Assembly (NCBI GenBank): GCA_016222915.1
Contig: JACRQA010000178.1
Coordinates: 1 to 60,848 of the forward strand
Length of the DNA: 60,848 nucleotides
Origin: Nitrospirota bacterium
GTDB taxonomy: Bacteria > Nitrospirota > Thermodesulfovibrionia > UBA6902
Reading direction: 5' to 3'
This document shows, in pieces, positions 48,026-56,422 of the stretch (the stretch's first letter is position 1; every line of letters begins with the position of its first letter). A program made the position numbers and the translations under genes. The notes beneath the pieces are model-generated. The model had not been told where the DNA came from and searched no databases. It saw nothing but the letters and a program-made list of their open reading frames with translations.

Positions 48026-48050
48026 GTAGGGGCATGGCGCGCCATGCCCT
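48026..48050. repeat. second copy of the GTAGGGGCATGGCGCGCCATGCCC palindrome (right arm shortened)
   Basis: gtaggggcatggcgcgccatgccct, 9 nt after the glnS stop. Confidence 0.8.
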
Positions 48051-48124
48051 TTCATCCGGCAAAGTCGTCGACCAGGAATCAGCAATTTAATGTAACTGTA
48101 AGGTTAATTAAGGGGTGAACGGCC

Positions 48125-48544
48125 ATGAGTAAGTCGAATGTTATTGTCGTCGATGATACGAGAGAGGTTTTAACATCCCTGGAAAGAGAGCTCCGGGACG
48201 AGCCATATAATATATTTTATGCCGGGGGCGGGGAAGAGGCATTAAAAATAATGTCTGAAAATCCCTGTAAAGTTATTATCTCTGATGTGAAGATGCCGAA
48301 GATGGACGGCTTTGAGCTTCTTGCGAAAGTCAGGGAGCGATACCCGGACATGATCAGGGTAGTGCTTTCGGGCCATGCGGATGTAAAGCTGGTCCTTGAT
48401 ATAGTGAACGAGAAGGGAATAGACAGGTATTTGACCAAGCCCTGGAATACTGCGGATGTAAAAGCGACGATTAATCAATGCATAGAACTATATGACTTGC
48501 GGAAGGAAGTGAAAGAGCTTCGCGAGCAGATAAAGAATAGATGA
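48125..48544 (+). CDS. single-domain response regulator (CheY-like receiver)
   Basis: VIVVDD...VIISDVKMPKMDG...LSGH...LTKPW. 139 aa. Confidence 0.88.
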   Translation: MSKSNVIVVDDTREVLTSLERELRDEPYNIFYAGGGEEALKIMSENPCKVIISDVKMPKMDGFELLAKVRERYPDMIRVVLSGHADVKLVLDIVNEKGIDRYLTKPWNTADVKATINQCIELYDLRKEVKELREQIKNR

Positions 48545-49536
48545 GAATGGAAAATATATCTGTAATCGGAGCCGGGAGCTGGGGTACGACCCTGGCAAAC
48601 CTTCTTGCAGAAAAGGGACACTGTGTAACGCTCTGGGCCTTTGAGAAGGACATCGCCGATAGCATAAGGCGTACGCGTATTAATCAGCTCTACCTTCCGA
48701 AAGTCACTTTATCTGAAAAATTGACGGTGACCGGGGACATGCATGAGGCTGTAACAAATGCCGCGTATATATTGAATGTGGTCCCGACACAATTTACGCG
48801 ACCTGTTTTCAGCAGCGCTGTAAAATACATCCCTGATAACGCGCAGATAATAAGCGCCTCAAAAGGCATCGAGCATGGGACCTTGATGACCGTTTCCGCA
48901 ATTCTCAATGACGTGACAAAACGGAAGGTCGCGGTGCTTTCAGGCCCCAGCTTTGCAGAAGAGGTCATTAAGAAATTACCTGCGGCGGTGACGATTGCCG
49001 CGAATGATCGTGATACCGCCATGCTTCTTCAGGATGTATTTAACACGGATTATTTCAGGGTATATACCAGCACCGACGTGCTTGGTGTGGAACTGGGAGG
49101 GGCGCTCAAAAACGTAATGGCCATTGCATCTGGCATATCTGAAGGACTCGGCCTCGGCGCCAGCACAAGGGCCGCTCTCATAACAAGGGGCCTTGCCGAG
49201 ATGATCCGGCTCGGTGTTGCAATGGGCGCAAGGGAAAAAACCTTTGACGGCCTGAGCGGGCTTGGGGACCTTGTCCTGACGTGCACAAGCACGCTTTCAA
49301 GAAATTATACTGTCGGCTATAAACTCGGACGGGGTGAGAAGCTGACTGAGATACTTTCGCAAATGAAAATGGTGGCTGAGGGGGTCGCTACCTCAAAATC
49401 GGCTTATGAACTATCGAAGAAGCATCAGGTGGAGATGCCCATCATCGAACAGATTTATAAAGTGGTGAATGAAGACAAGCGACCTTTTGATGCCGTGAGA
49501 GAACTTATGACAAGGAGTCTGAAGGCGGAATATTAG
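48541..49536 (+). CDS. gpsA: NAD(P)H-dependent glycerol-3-phosphate dehydrogenase
   Basis: VIGAGSWGTTLA, GPSFAEEV and LKNVMAIASG motifs. ATGA overlap with the receiver gene. Confidence 0.93.
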   Translation: MRMENISVIGAGSWGTTLANLLAEKGHCVTLWAFEKDIADSIRRTRINQLYLPKVTLSEKLTVTGDMHEAVTNAAYILNVVPTQFTRPVFSSAVKYIPDNAQIISASKGIEHGTLMTVSAILNDVTKRKVAVLSGPSFAEEVIKKLPAAVTIAANDRDTAMLLQDVFNTDYFRVYTSTDVLGVELGGALKNVMAIASGISEGLGLGASTRAALITRGLAEMIRLGVAMGAREKTFDGLSGLGDLVLTCTSTLSRNYTVGYKLGRGEKLTEILSQMKMVAEGVATSKSAYELSKKHQVEMPIIEQIYKVVNEDKRPFDAVRELMTRSLKAEY

Positions 49537-49765
49537 GGGCCTGTGATCAATTTTAACGTTGCATAATCAGGCAAGCGGCCTTGCCGTAAAAACTTTACAA
49601 TGCGATGAGATATTGAATAAACTTTGATGGCAGGACTAACGCTTGGTGAAGTTCAGGAAGACATTACTTATGCTTTCATGAATCTCGCCAAGGTATCCCA
49701 GGTAAAGCTTTTCCGTCAAGGCCGCTCGCCTGGGATCAATATTTAATACAATAGTAAGGTCAATT

Positions 49766-50533
49766 ATGGACAATAAAAAAATAAAATCGATTCTCGACTC
49801 GGTCAAGAGAGGGAAGACCCATGTAGCCGAAGCAATGGAACAGTTGAAGCACTTGCCGTATGAGGATTTGGGGATGGCAAAGGTCGACCATCACAGGGAG
49901 CTCAGGCATGGCATCCCTGAAGTGATATTTGCTGAAGGCAAGGAACAGGAAGACATTACAAGGATTGCCGAAGCCATGATCAGGAACAGCGGAAAGGCGC
50001 TGATAACGAGGGCCGGTAAAGCGGTCTTCAGGGACATCGAAGCCATGTGCAGAAGACACAAAATAAAGGCAGCGTATCATGAAAAATCACGCGTGATTAT
50101 GGCCGGAGGTTCTGGGGACAGGAAAGGCCGGATAGCCGTGCTGTGCGCGGGGACCTCGGACATGCCGGTCGCTGAAGAAGCGGCAGTCACCGCTGAATTC
50201 CTTGGAAGTAAAGTTGAGACCGTCACTGATATCGGTGTTGCCGGACTGCACAGAATTGTACATGCCGGCAAGGTATTCAGAGAGGCGAATGCATTGATCG
50301 TCGTTGCGGGCATGGAAGGCGCCCTTCCTTCTGTTGTAGGAGGGATGACGGACAAACCCATCATTGCCGTGCCGACCTCGGTAGGATACGGCACAAGTTT
50401 CGGAGGGCTTACAGCCCTGTTTGCGATGCTCAATTCATGTGTTCCGGGCATTGCTGTGATGAATATAGATAACGGCTTCGGCGCAGGGGTGCTTGCGCAT
50501 AAGATCAATTCGATAAAAAATAATAAACGATGA
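49766..50533 (+). CDS. larB: nickel-pincer cofactor biosynthesis protein LarB (PurE-like carboxylase/hydrolase)
   Basis: C-terminal PurE-like fold RIAVLCAGTSDMPVAEEA...VVAGMEGALPSVVGG...IAVPTSVGYG. Confidence 0.85.
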   Translation: MDNKKIKSILDSVKRGKTHVAEAMEQLKHLPYEDLGMAKVDHHRELRHGIPEVIFAEGKEQEDITRIAEAMIRNSGKALITRAGKAVFRDIEAMCRRHKIKAAYHEKSRVIMAGGSGDRKGRIAVLCAGTSDMPVAEEAAVTAEFLGSKVETVTDIGVAGLHRIVHAGKVFREANALIVVAGMEGALPSVVGGMTDKPIIAVPTSVGYGTSFGGLTALFAMLNSCVPGIAVMNIDNGFGAGVLAHKINSIKNNKR

Positions 50534-51753
50534 TTGCATACTTTGACTGCTTTTCAGGAATAAGCGGGGACATGACTTTGGGTGCGCTGGTTGATGCCGG
50601 TGTTCCGCTCTTAAAGCTCAAGCACGAACTGGCCCGCCTGCCTGTCAAGGGATATCGGTTGACTTCGAGAGAAGTAAAAAAGGCGGGGATGAGGGCGACC
50701 AAGGTTGATTTAATTTTGAACGACCCCTCTAAATCCCCCCTTAGTAAGGGGGGACTTAAGGGGAGGCATGCGTCAGGGGCGAGAAGATGGAAAGACATAG
50801 AGAAGATCATTGATGGCTCCACATTATCAGAGTCTATCAAACAAAAGGGGCTGCTCATCTTCAAGAGACTCTTTGAAGCTGAAGCCAGGGTACACGGCGG
50901 GCGGTTTGATGAAGTCCACTTGCACGAGCTTGGGGCTGTTGACTGTATTGTCGATATCTTCGGGTCATTGATCGGGCTTGATATCCTGGGCATCGATACA
51001 ATCTATTCATCCTCTGTGAATGTTGGAAGCGGTTCCATCAGGTCGGAGCACGGGCTCCTGCCGGTACCCGCACCCGCGTCTGTGGAATTATTGAAGGGTG
51101 TCCCTGTTTATTCATCGGGTGTGAAATTTGAACTTACTACTCCTACCGGCGCTGCCTTGATCTCATCTCTTTCCGCCGGCTTCGGCCCCATGCCGAACAT
51201 ACAAATTGTGAAAGCGGGAGTCGGCGCTGGTGACAGGGATTTCAAAGATCAGCCGAATATACTCAGGATGTTTATCGGAGAGAAGGCGGAAAAGAAGAGT
51301 CAGGGGTCAGGAGTCAGGAGTCAGAAGTCGGAAGATCCGATAACAGTCATCGAGACCAATATTGACGACATGAATCCCCAGGTTTATGAATATGTAATGG
51401 AGAAATTGTTCAAGGCCGGAGCACTCGATGTCTTCTTGACACAGATCATCATGAAAAAGGGAAGGCCGGGCATTAAACTGAGTGTGCTCTGTAATGAAGA
51501 TAAAAAAGGTCCCCTGTCTGAAATCATATTGAAAGAAACAACGAGCATAGGCCTGAGATTTTACACGGCTGAGCGTAAGACCCTTCAGCGTGAAATAGTC
51601 TCAATAGATACAAAGCACGGAAAGGTGAGAGTGAAGAAATCCCGGCTCGGCAAAGAAATTCAAAAGGCATCTCCTGAATATGAAGACTGCAGGAAGATAG
51701 CGAAGAAGTTTAATATACCTCTCTTGGAAGTTTTAAAAGCGGTCAGTTCATAG
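50530..51753 (+). CDS. larC: nickel insertion protein LarC (DUF111 family)
   Basis: N-terminal YFDCFSGISGDM, plus HLHELGAVD and TPTGAALI motifs. ATGA overlap with larB. Confidence 0.88.
   Translation: MIAYFDCFSGISGDMTLGALVDAGVPLLKLKHELARLPVKGYRLTSREVKKAGMRATKVDLILNDPSKSPLSKGGLKGRHASGARRWKDIEKIIDGSTLSESIKQKGLLIFKRLFEAEARVHGGRFDEVHLHELGAVDCIVDIFGSLIGLDILGIDTIYSSSVNVGSGSIRSEHGLLPVPAPASVELLKGVPVYSSGVKFELTTPTGAALISSLSAGFGPMPNIQIVKAGVGAGDRDFKDQPNILRMFIGEKAEKKSQGSGVRSQKSEDPITVIETNIDDMNPQVYEYVMEKLFKAGALDVFLTQIIMKKGRPGIKLSVLCNEDKKGPLSEIILKETTSIGLRFYTAERKTLQREIVSIDTKHGKVRVKKSRLGKEIQKASPEYEDCRKIAKKFNIPLLEVLKAVSS
51298..51332. repeat. heptanucleotide tandem repeat (AGTCAGG-like)x5 in the larC interdomain linker
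   Basis: Read directly: agtcagg ggtcagg agtcagg agtcaga agtcgga, encoding SQGSGVRSQKSE. Confidence 0.65.
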
Positions 51754-51909
51754 ATCATAGCTGTCAGCTATTGATGCCTGTAACATTAAATGTCCTATCT
51801 TTATTAATCTGTTATTCCGGCAGCCCTTAAAAAATCTAGCTACTTTCTCCTTTCACAACTCATGATCGCTCCACAACATTCGGTCTATGAAAATGATCAG
51901 GAAAATATC

Positions 51910-51938
51910 TTGGCAAAAGAAACGTAAAAAGATAGAAT
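51910..51938 (+). promoter_or_regulatory. sigma70-like promoter upstream of the ORF6N gene
   Basis: TTGGCA-17 nt-TAGAAT, 30 nt upstream of the ATG at 51969, which has SD AGGAGGGG. Confidence 0.45.
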
Positions 51939-51968
51939 ACGATATTCAATTTAATCAGGAGGGGACAG

Positions 51969-52496
51969 ATGCAATCAATAGTACCGGCTGAAGTAATCGA
52001 AAGAAAGATTCTGCTGATAAGGGGACAGAAGGTCATGCTTGACAGAGGTCTCGCAGATTTGTATGGTGTTGCGACAAAAGTATTGTTGCAGGCAGTCAAA
52101 AGGAACCTTACTCGCTTCCCTGACGATTTTATGTTTCAGTTGAATTATCAAGAAGTTGCAGCTTTGAGGTCACAAATTGTGACCTCAAAGACCGGCAGAG
52201 GCGGCCATCGGTATCAGCCCTATGTATTTAGTGAACAAGGCGTTGCCATGCTTTCAAGCGTATTGAACAGTGAACGGGCCATCCAAGTGAATATCGCTAT
52301 CATGGGGGCATTCGTTAAATTGAAAGAAATGCTCTCGACTAACAAAGAACTTGCTCACAAGCTGGCGCAGCTTGAGCGGAAGATAGAGAAACATGATGGA
52401 GAGATTAAATTGATCTTTGATGCCATAAGGCAATTGATGATTCCGCCGGAGACGAAGAAAAAGAAGATCGGGTTTGGGAGGGAGAAGGAGGGGTGA
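51969..52496 (+). CDS. ORF6N (KilA-N-related) domain protein
   Basis: IRGQKVMLDRGLADLYGVATKVLLQAVKRNLTRFPDDFMFQL...YVFSEQGVAMLSSVLNSERAIQVNI is the ORF6N signature. Confidence 0.85.
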   Translation: MQSIVPAEVIERKILLIRGQKVMLDRGLADLYGVATKVLLQAVKRNLTRFPDDFMFQLNYQEVAALRSQIVTSKTGRGGHRYQPYVFSEQGVAMLSSVLNSERAIQVNIAIMGAFVKLKEMLSTNKELAHKLAQLERKIEKHDGEIKLIFDAIRQLMIPPETKKKKIGFGREKEG

Positions 52497-52538
52497 CAAT
52501 GTTCCCCTCTTTGGCAAAGAGGGGTTAGGGGAGATTTT

Positions 52539-52733
52539 ATGAAGAAATTCTACGCGCACAGCATTGAGGGGAAGTCGGTTGATGAATGGCATCTGCTTGA
52601 GGAGCATTTGAAGGGGACGGCAAAGCTTGCGAAGTCCTTTGCGGATGAGTTCGGGTCGGGGGAATGGGGGTATTTGGCGGGGGTGTGGCATGATCTTGGG
52701 AAGTTATTTTGTTTGTATAAGCTGACGGGATAG
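52539..52733 (+). pseudogene. cas3 HD-domain N-terminal stub (truncated after the HDLGK motif)
   Basis: FYAHSIEG...WHLLEEHLKGTAKLAKSFADEFG...AGVWHDLGK is a Cas3 N-terminus. The frame stops 9 codons later, 38 nt before cas5. Confidence 0.7.
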
Positions 52734-52771
52734 CATAACATCATAAAACTACAAAGAAGGGGGGCTTATAA

Positions 52772-53413
52772 ATGGTTAAATCTTACGAGGTATCATTTGA
52801 GATCGCCGGGCCTGCTGCTATGTTTACCCGTCCGGATTCAGGTGCTGCTCAGGTGTCGTATCCTGCGCCGACATTTTCAGCCGCTAAAGGTATGTTTGAA
52901 GCAATTGCATGTCTGAGAGGAGATAAAGGGAGTGACCGTAAGGGAGCAGCAACCATTCGACCGACGAAAGTCGAAATCTGTGCCCCTCTCAAGTTTCACA
53001 AATACACCACTAACTACGGTGGGCCATTACGTAAAAGCAATCAGATGGCACAAGGCAGTTCCTATCAAATTCCTGCAACCATATTGATCGATGTTTGTTA
53101 TCGCCTCTATGGGATCGTGGAAGAGGTTAGCATGTCGCGTGATGGAACAAATCATAGGCATTACTTGCAGGACTTGTTTCATAGGCGACTAAAACAAGGA
53201 AAAGTTTACTATACGCCGTGCCTTGGATGGAAAGAGTTTGTGCCGTCTTATGTAGGAGCGTTCCGGGAAGCCACCAAGAAACAGGAAGACATCGATATGG
53301 TTATCCCTTCAATGCTTCACAGCGTCTTTGACAAGATATCAGATGGAGAAGTTGCTCCAAGATTCACTGTTGATGCAGTAATCAGGGAAGGAGAATTGAT
53401 CTATGCTAAATGA
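52772..53413 (+). CDS. cas5: CRISPR-associated Cas5, subtype I-C-like (Cas5c/Cas5d)
   Basis: FEIAGPAAMFTRPDSGAAQVSYPAPTFSAAKGMFEAIA is the Cas5d N-terminal signature. 213 aa. Confidence 0.85.
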   Translation: MVKSYEVSFEIAGPAAMFTRPDSGAAQVSYPAPTFSAAKGMFEAIACLRGDKGSDRKGAATIRPTKVEICAPLKFHKYTTNYGGPLRKSNQMAQGSSYQIPATILIDVCYRLYGIVEEVSMSRDGTNHRHYLQDLFHRRLKQGKVYYTPCLGWKEFVPSYVGAFREATKKQEDIDMVIPSMLHSVFDKISDGEVAPRFTVDAVIREGELIYAK

Positions 53414-55535
53414 ACTATATCAGCTATCTCGCAATCTACAACAATGCGGCATCGTATTTGGAACACTGCATCAGGACGTTAAAACACCGGGCAAGGGCGA
53501 TGGATTCATCATCGAAGTTGATAAGCAAGGCCAACCTGTGAACATCGAATTCACAGAGTCAACAAAAATGGCCAAGCTATGGACAATCAGGAAAGGCAAG
53601 CATAATAGTTTTCCCTATGTGAAGATTAAGCCATTGTGGGATTTAGATTTAGATGATTCGTTGAGGGACTACCTTAAATACGTCCGCAATAAGAAAGAGA
53701 CGAAGAATATTTATGCGGGGAAAATAAAAGAAATATTTGAGCCAGTTTGCAACGACAAAGAACTTAACAAGCATGATGTGATTATTTCTAAATGGGCGAA
53801 AACTAAAATACAGACATTACGTGATAAAGACGAAAAACTTGATGCTTTGCTCCAGTTGTCTGGACGTCTACCTGGCGACGGGAACAAAACAACTAAATTC
53901 ATTGCAATATTAGCGAGCCTATTTCTTCAGAAGATGCAGGCTTTCATTGATGAGGGCTTTGGTAAATCTGAAAAAGATGGCAAGACACGGCAGGAAATTA
54001 TTGAAACAGTAATTATAGGCAAGATTAAGAAAGAAAAGGGAAAAGAGAAAGCTGTTTGTGATGTTCCGTTATTTTTTGATATAAGCGATTGGCCTCAATA
54101 TTCTTGTCGTGTGGCTGATCCTGCAATGGGTAAGCTAGTTGGAGCGAACCTTCCGTCCGGACAGCAATCGGGTAAGCTAGGCATATCCGCGTTGGAAGGT
54201 CAGAAAAAAGTATTGCATTTAGGGCCTTATCCGGATCCGACATTACCGGCTGTTGGTATCGTGTATCTGTTTTCAATGAATGAAGTTATTCCATGCCATG
54301 ATAGATATAGACTGATCGGGTCTAAGATATTTCCTTCGAGCAGAGATGCCGTGGCGACCGTTCATGGAGCACTTCAGTGGTGTGTTGCAGATGAGCGAAG
54401 AGGAAAGACATGGCAAGGAGTGCCTAATATGAAGCGAAAGCAGGACTTGCTTATTTCTTATCTGGAAGAAAAACCTGAAAACGCTATCGAACTTGCGAGT
54501 CTTTTTGCAGCGCCGGATATAGAGGAAAGTATAACAGCCGAGGCTGTTTACGAGAATAAATCAAAAACTGTCTGTGATGCTCTGCGCGGAGCACCGGGCT
54601 TAAATGATAATTCTCAGGTCAATGTGCTTGTTATCAGTAAGGTTGATGAGGGGCGTGCTCAGGTAGTACTCAGCACTGCCTACAGCAGGAAGAATATCAT
54701 TCAAAGCGTGGAGGGGTGGACAACGGCGACTGACAATAGGCCATCATTTTCATTGTGGCTGCCGGGGAAGAAGGGGGAGAAGGCCAAGCAAGCCGAACCC
54801 TCAAGTCCTTCGCCCACGGATGTCATGAAATGCTTTCAGAACCAATGGATCAAGAATGGACTTGATAAACGAGATGTAACAGGCCTTTATTTGCGCCACG
54901 TGTATGATTTGTATCTTGGCGATACTTTTATTGCGCGGCAAGCGGCAAATAATTTCCTGACTCTTTCTCTTCAGCGACTCAGTGAGTTGTTGATCGGTTA
55001 TGGCGGCTCCGATCATATATCGAAAGCCCTCAAATTTGAAGTGATGAAGAAGAAGTATTCGACTGATGCCCGCAAAACCGTTCTGAACGCTATTTCAATT
55101 TTAGCGATTACGTTATATAAACTTGGCATAAAAAAGGAGGTCTACATGAAGAATGCGGCTTTTAATGTCGGCAGGATGCTTGCGCTTGCGGACAAATTGC
55201 ATTGTGAGTATTGCATTAATGTGCGCGGGAAGAATGAGACTGATGAAGAAAAGAAAAAATCAATTCCGGCTCAGTTAATCGGCAATGCTCTTATGCGTAC
55301 AGCATTGGATAATCCTTTAAAAGGACTGTCCCTTCTTAGTGAAAGGTTATTGATATATCAGGCATGGGCGACTAAGGCACAGGGTGATAATGTTGGATTG
55401 GCCAAGTGGGTCTTGGGCCAGATGGGACATGTTTCAGCAGAGCTGGAAAATGCCGATATTCCAAGGCAGGCTGATGACGCAGTAAAGGCACAGATATTAT
55501 TGGGCTATTTGGCACATATTAAAAACGAAGATTAA
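53403..55535 (+). CDS. cas8c: CRISPR large subunit, Cas8c/Csd1-like
   Basis: 710 aa, between cas5 and cas7 with an 11-nt overlap to cas5. Assigned mainly by position and size; the N-terminus resembles Csd1. Confidence 0.7.
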   Translation: MLNELYQLSRNLQQCGIVFGTLHQDVKTPGKGDGFIIEVDKQGQPVNIEFTESTKMAKLWTIRKGKHNSFPYVKIKPLWDLDLDDSLRDYLKYVRNKKETKNIYAGKIKEIFEPVCNDKELNKHDVIISKWAKTKIQTLRDKDEKLDALLQLSGRLPGDGNKTTKFIAILASLFLQKMQAFIDEGFGKSEKDGKTRQEIIETVIIGKIKKEKGKEKAVCDVPLFFDISDWPQYSCRVADPAMGKLVGANLPSGQQSGKLGISALEGQKKVLHLGPYPDPTLPAVGIVYLFSMNEVIPCHDRYRLIGSKIFPSSRDAVATVHGALQWCVADERRGKTWQGVPNMKRKQDLLISYLEEKPENAIELASLFAAPDIEESITAEAVYENKSKTVCDALRGAPGLNDNSQVNVLVISKVDEGRAQVVLSTAYSRKNIIQSVEGWTTATDNRPSFSLWLPGKKGEKAKQAEPSSPSPTDVMKCFQNQWIKNGLDKRDVTGLYLRHVYDLYLGDTFIARQAANNFLTLSLQRLSELLIGYGGSDHISKALKFEVMKKKYSTDARKTVLNAISILAITLYKLGIKKEVYMKNAAFNVGRMLALADKLHCEYCINVRGKNETDEEKKKSIPAQLIGNALMRTALDNPLKGLSLLSERLLIYQAWATKAQGDNVGLAKWVLGQMGHVSAELENADIPRQADDAVKAQILLGYLAHIKNED

Positions 55536-55558
55536 TAATCCAAAAAGGAGGCTTTGTT

Positions 55559-56422
55559 ATGTCAGACAAGACTGTAAATTTGGTTGATAAGAGAGCAACG
55601 GGTTTGTTGATAATCGAAGTGAGAAATTCTAACCCTAATGGTGATCCTGACCGCGAAAGCGATCCCCGGCAAAGACAGGACGGACGCGGTGAGATTTCGC
55701 CGGTATCATTCAAAAGGAAAGTGCGCGACCTTGTTGAAAGAAAGACAGGAACCGTATGGCTATCTGTTTCTAAGCAATTCTCTCCTGAGCTTGACCTAAG
55801 TAACTTCATGATTTCAGAAAGCCGCGAAACAAAGCTCACGGATATCCGCAATCTGAATGAAGAGCAGTTTACTGAGAAGTTTTGGGATGGTCGTATCTTC
55901 GGAAATACAGAACTGGAAAAGGGCAGAAATATACCGGTTAAAACGGGTGTAGTTCAGTTTGGGCTTGGAGTATCAGTGTCCCCGGTAGAAGTGAGACGTA
56001 TGACGACCACGAATCCTCCTGTTGAAGGAGATAAAAAAGTAGGAATGGCACCATTGGCATACCGCATTGTTCAACACGGGGTCTATTGTATGCCGTTTTT
56101 TGTTAACCCAACCGCTGCAAGCAAAACCCACTGCACTCAAGTCGATATTAAACTTCTATTAAAAATTATCCCCTATGCTTATACGCATACTGCATCCTAT
56201 ATTCGATCATGTGTCGAAATACGCCATGCGTGGTATATGGAGCATAAATCTGCATTAGGATCATGCTCCGACTTTGCCTTGATTGATGCATTAACCCCTG
56301 CGCGAAAGAAGGATCAGGACGCTGAGAAACCGTCAACGTCGTGGGACGATTATGAACCAAAAGAACTACCGAAGGAGTTACGAGAGAAATTGAATGACGT
56401 TAGGGACCTAATGAATGAATAG
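55559..56422 (+). CDS. cas7: CRISPR backbone subunit Cas7, Csd2-like
   Basis: EVRNSNPNGDPDRESDPRQ...GEISPVSFKRKVRDLVE is the Csd2/Csh2 signature. Confidence 0.88.
   Translation: MSDKTVNLVDKRATGLLIIEVRNSNPNGDPDRESDPRQRQDGRGEISPVSFKRKVRDLVERKTGTVWLSVSKQFSPELDLSNFMISESRETKLTDIRNLNEEQFTEKFWDGRIFGNTELEKGRNIPVKTGVVQFGLGVSVSPVEVRRMTTTNPPVEGDKKVGMAPLAYRIVQHGVYCMPFFVNPTAASKTHCTQVDIKLLLKIIPYAYTHTASYIRSCVEIRHAWYMEHKSALGSCSDFALIDALTPARKKDQDAEKPSTSWDDYEPKELPKELREKLNDVRDLMNE

Noticed and set aside
49568-49732. 16-nt inverted repeat (caggcaagcggccttg / caaggccgctcgcctg, one mismatch) enclosing ~130 nt between gpsA and larB, with a 39-codon ORF inside. Considered as a MITE or small gene.
   Set aside because: It is a single copy in the window with no target-site duplication and no recognisable peptide. 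The left arm may simply be a gpsA terminator-like hairpin (ggcaag-cggc-cttgcc).
50077-50993. Minus-strand ORFs of 143 and 162 aa across larB and larC.
   Set aside because: They are antisense shadows of genes with clear LarB and LarC signatures.
51754-52771. Looked for a CRISPR array or leader upstream of the cas genes, and also in 59925-60848 downstream of cas4.
   Set aside because: No direct repeats of 25-40 nt with regular spacing are visible on either side. The space is filled by ORF6N, the cas3 stub and rhuM. Any array must lie outside the window.
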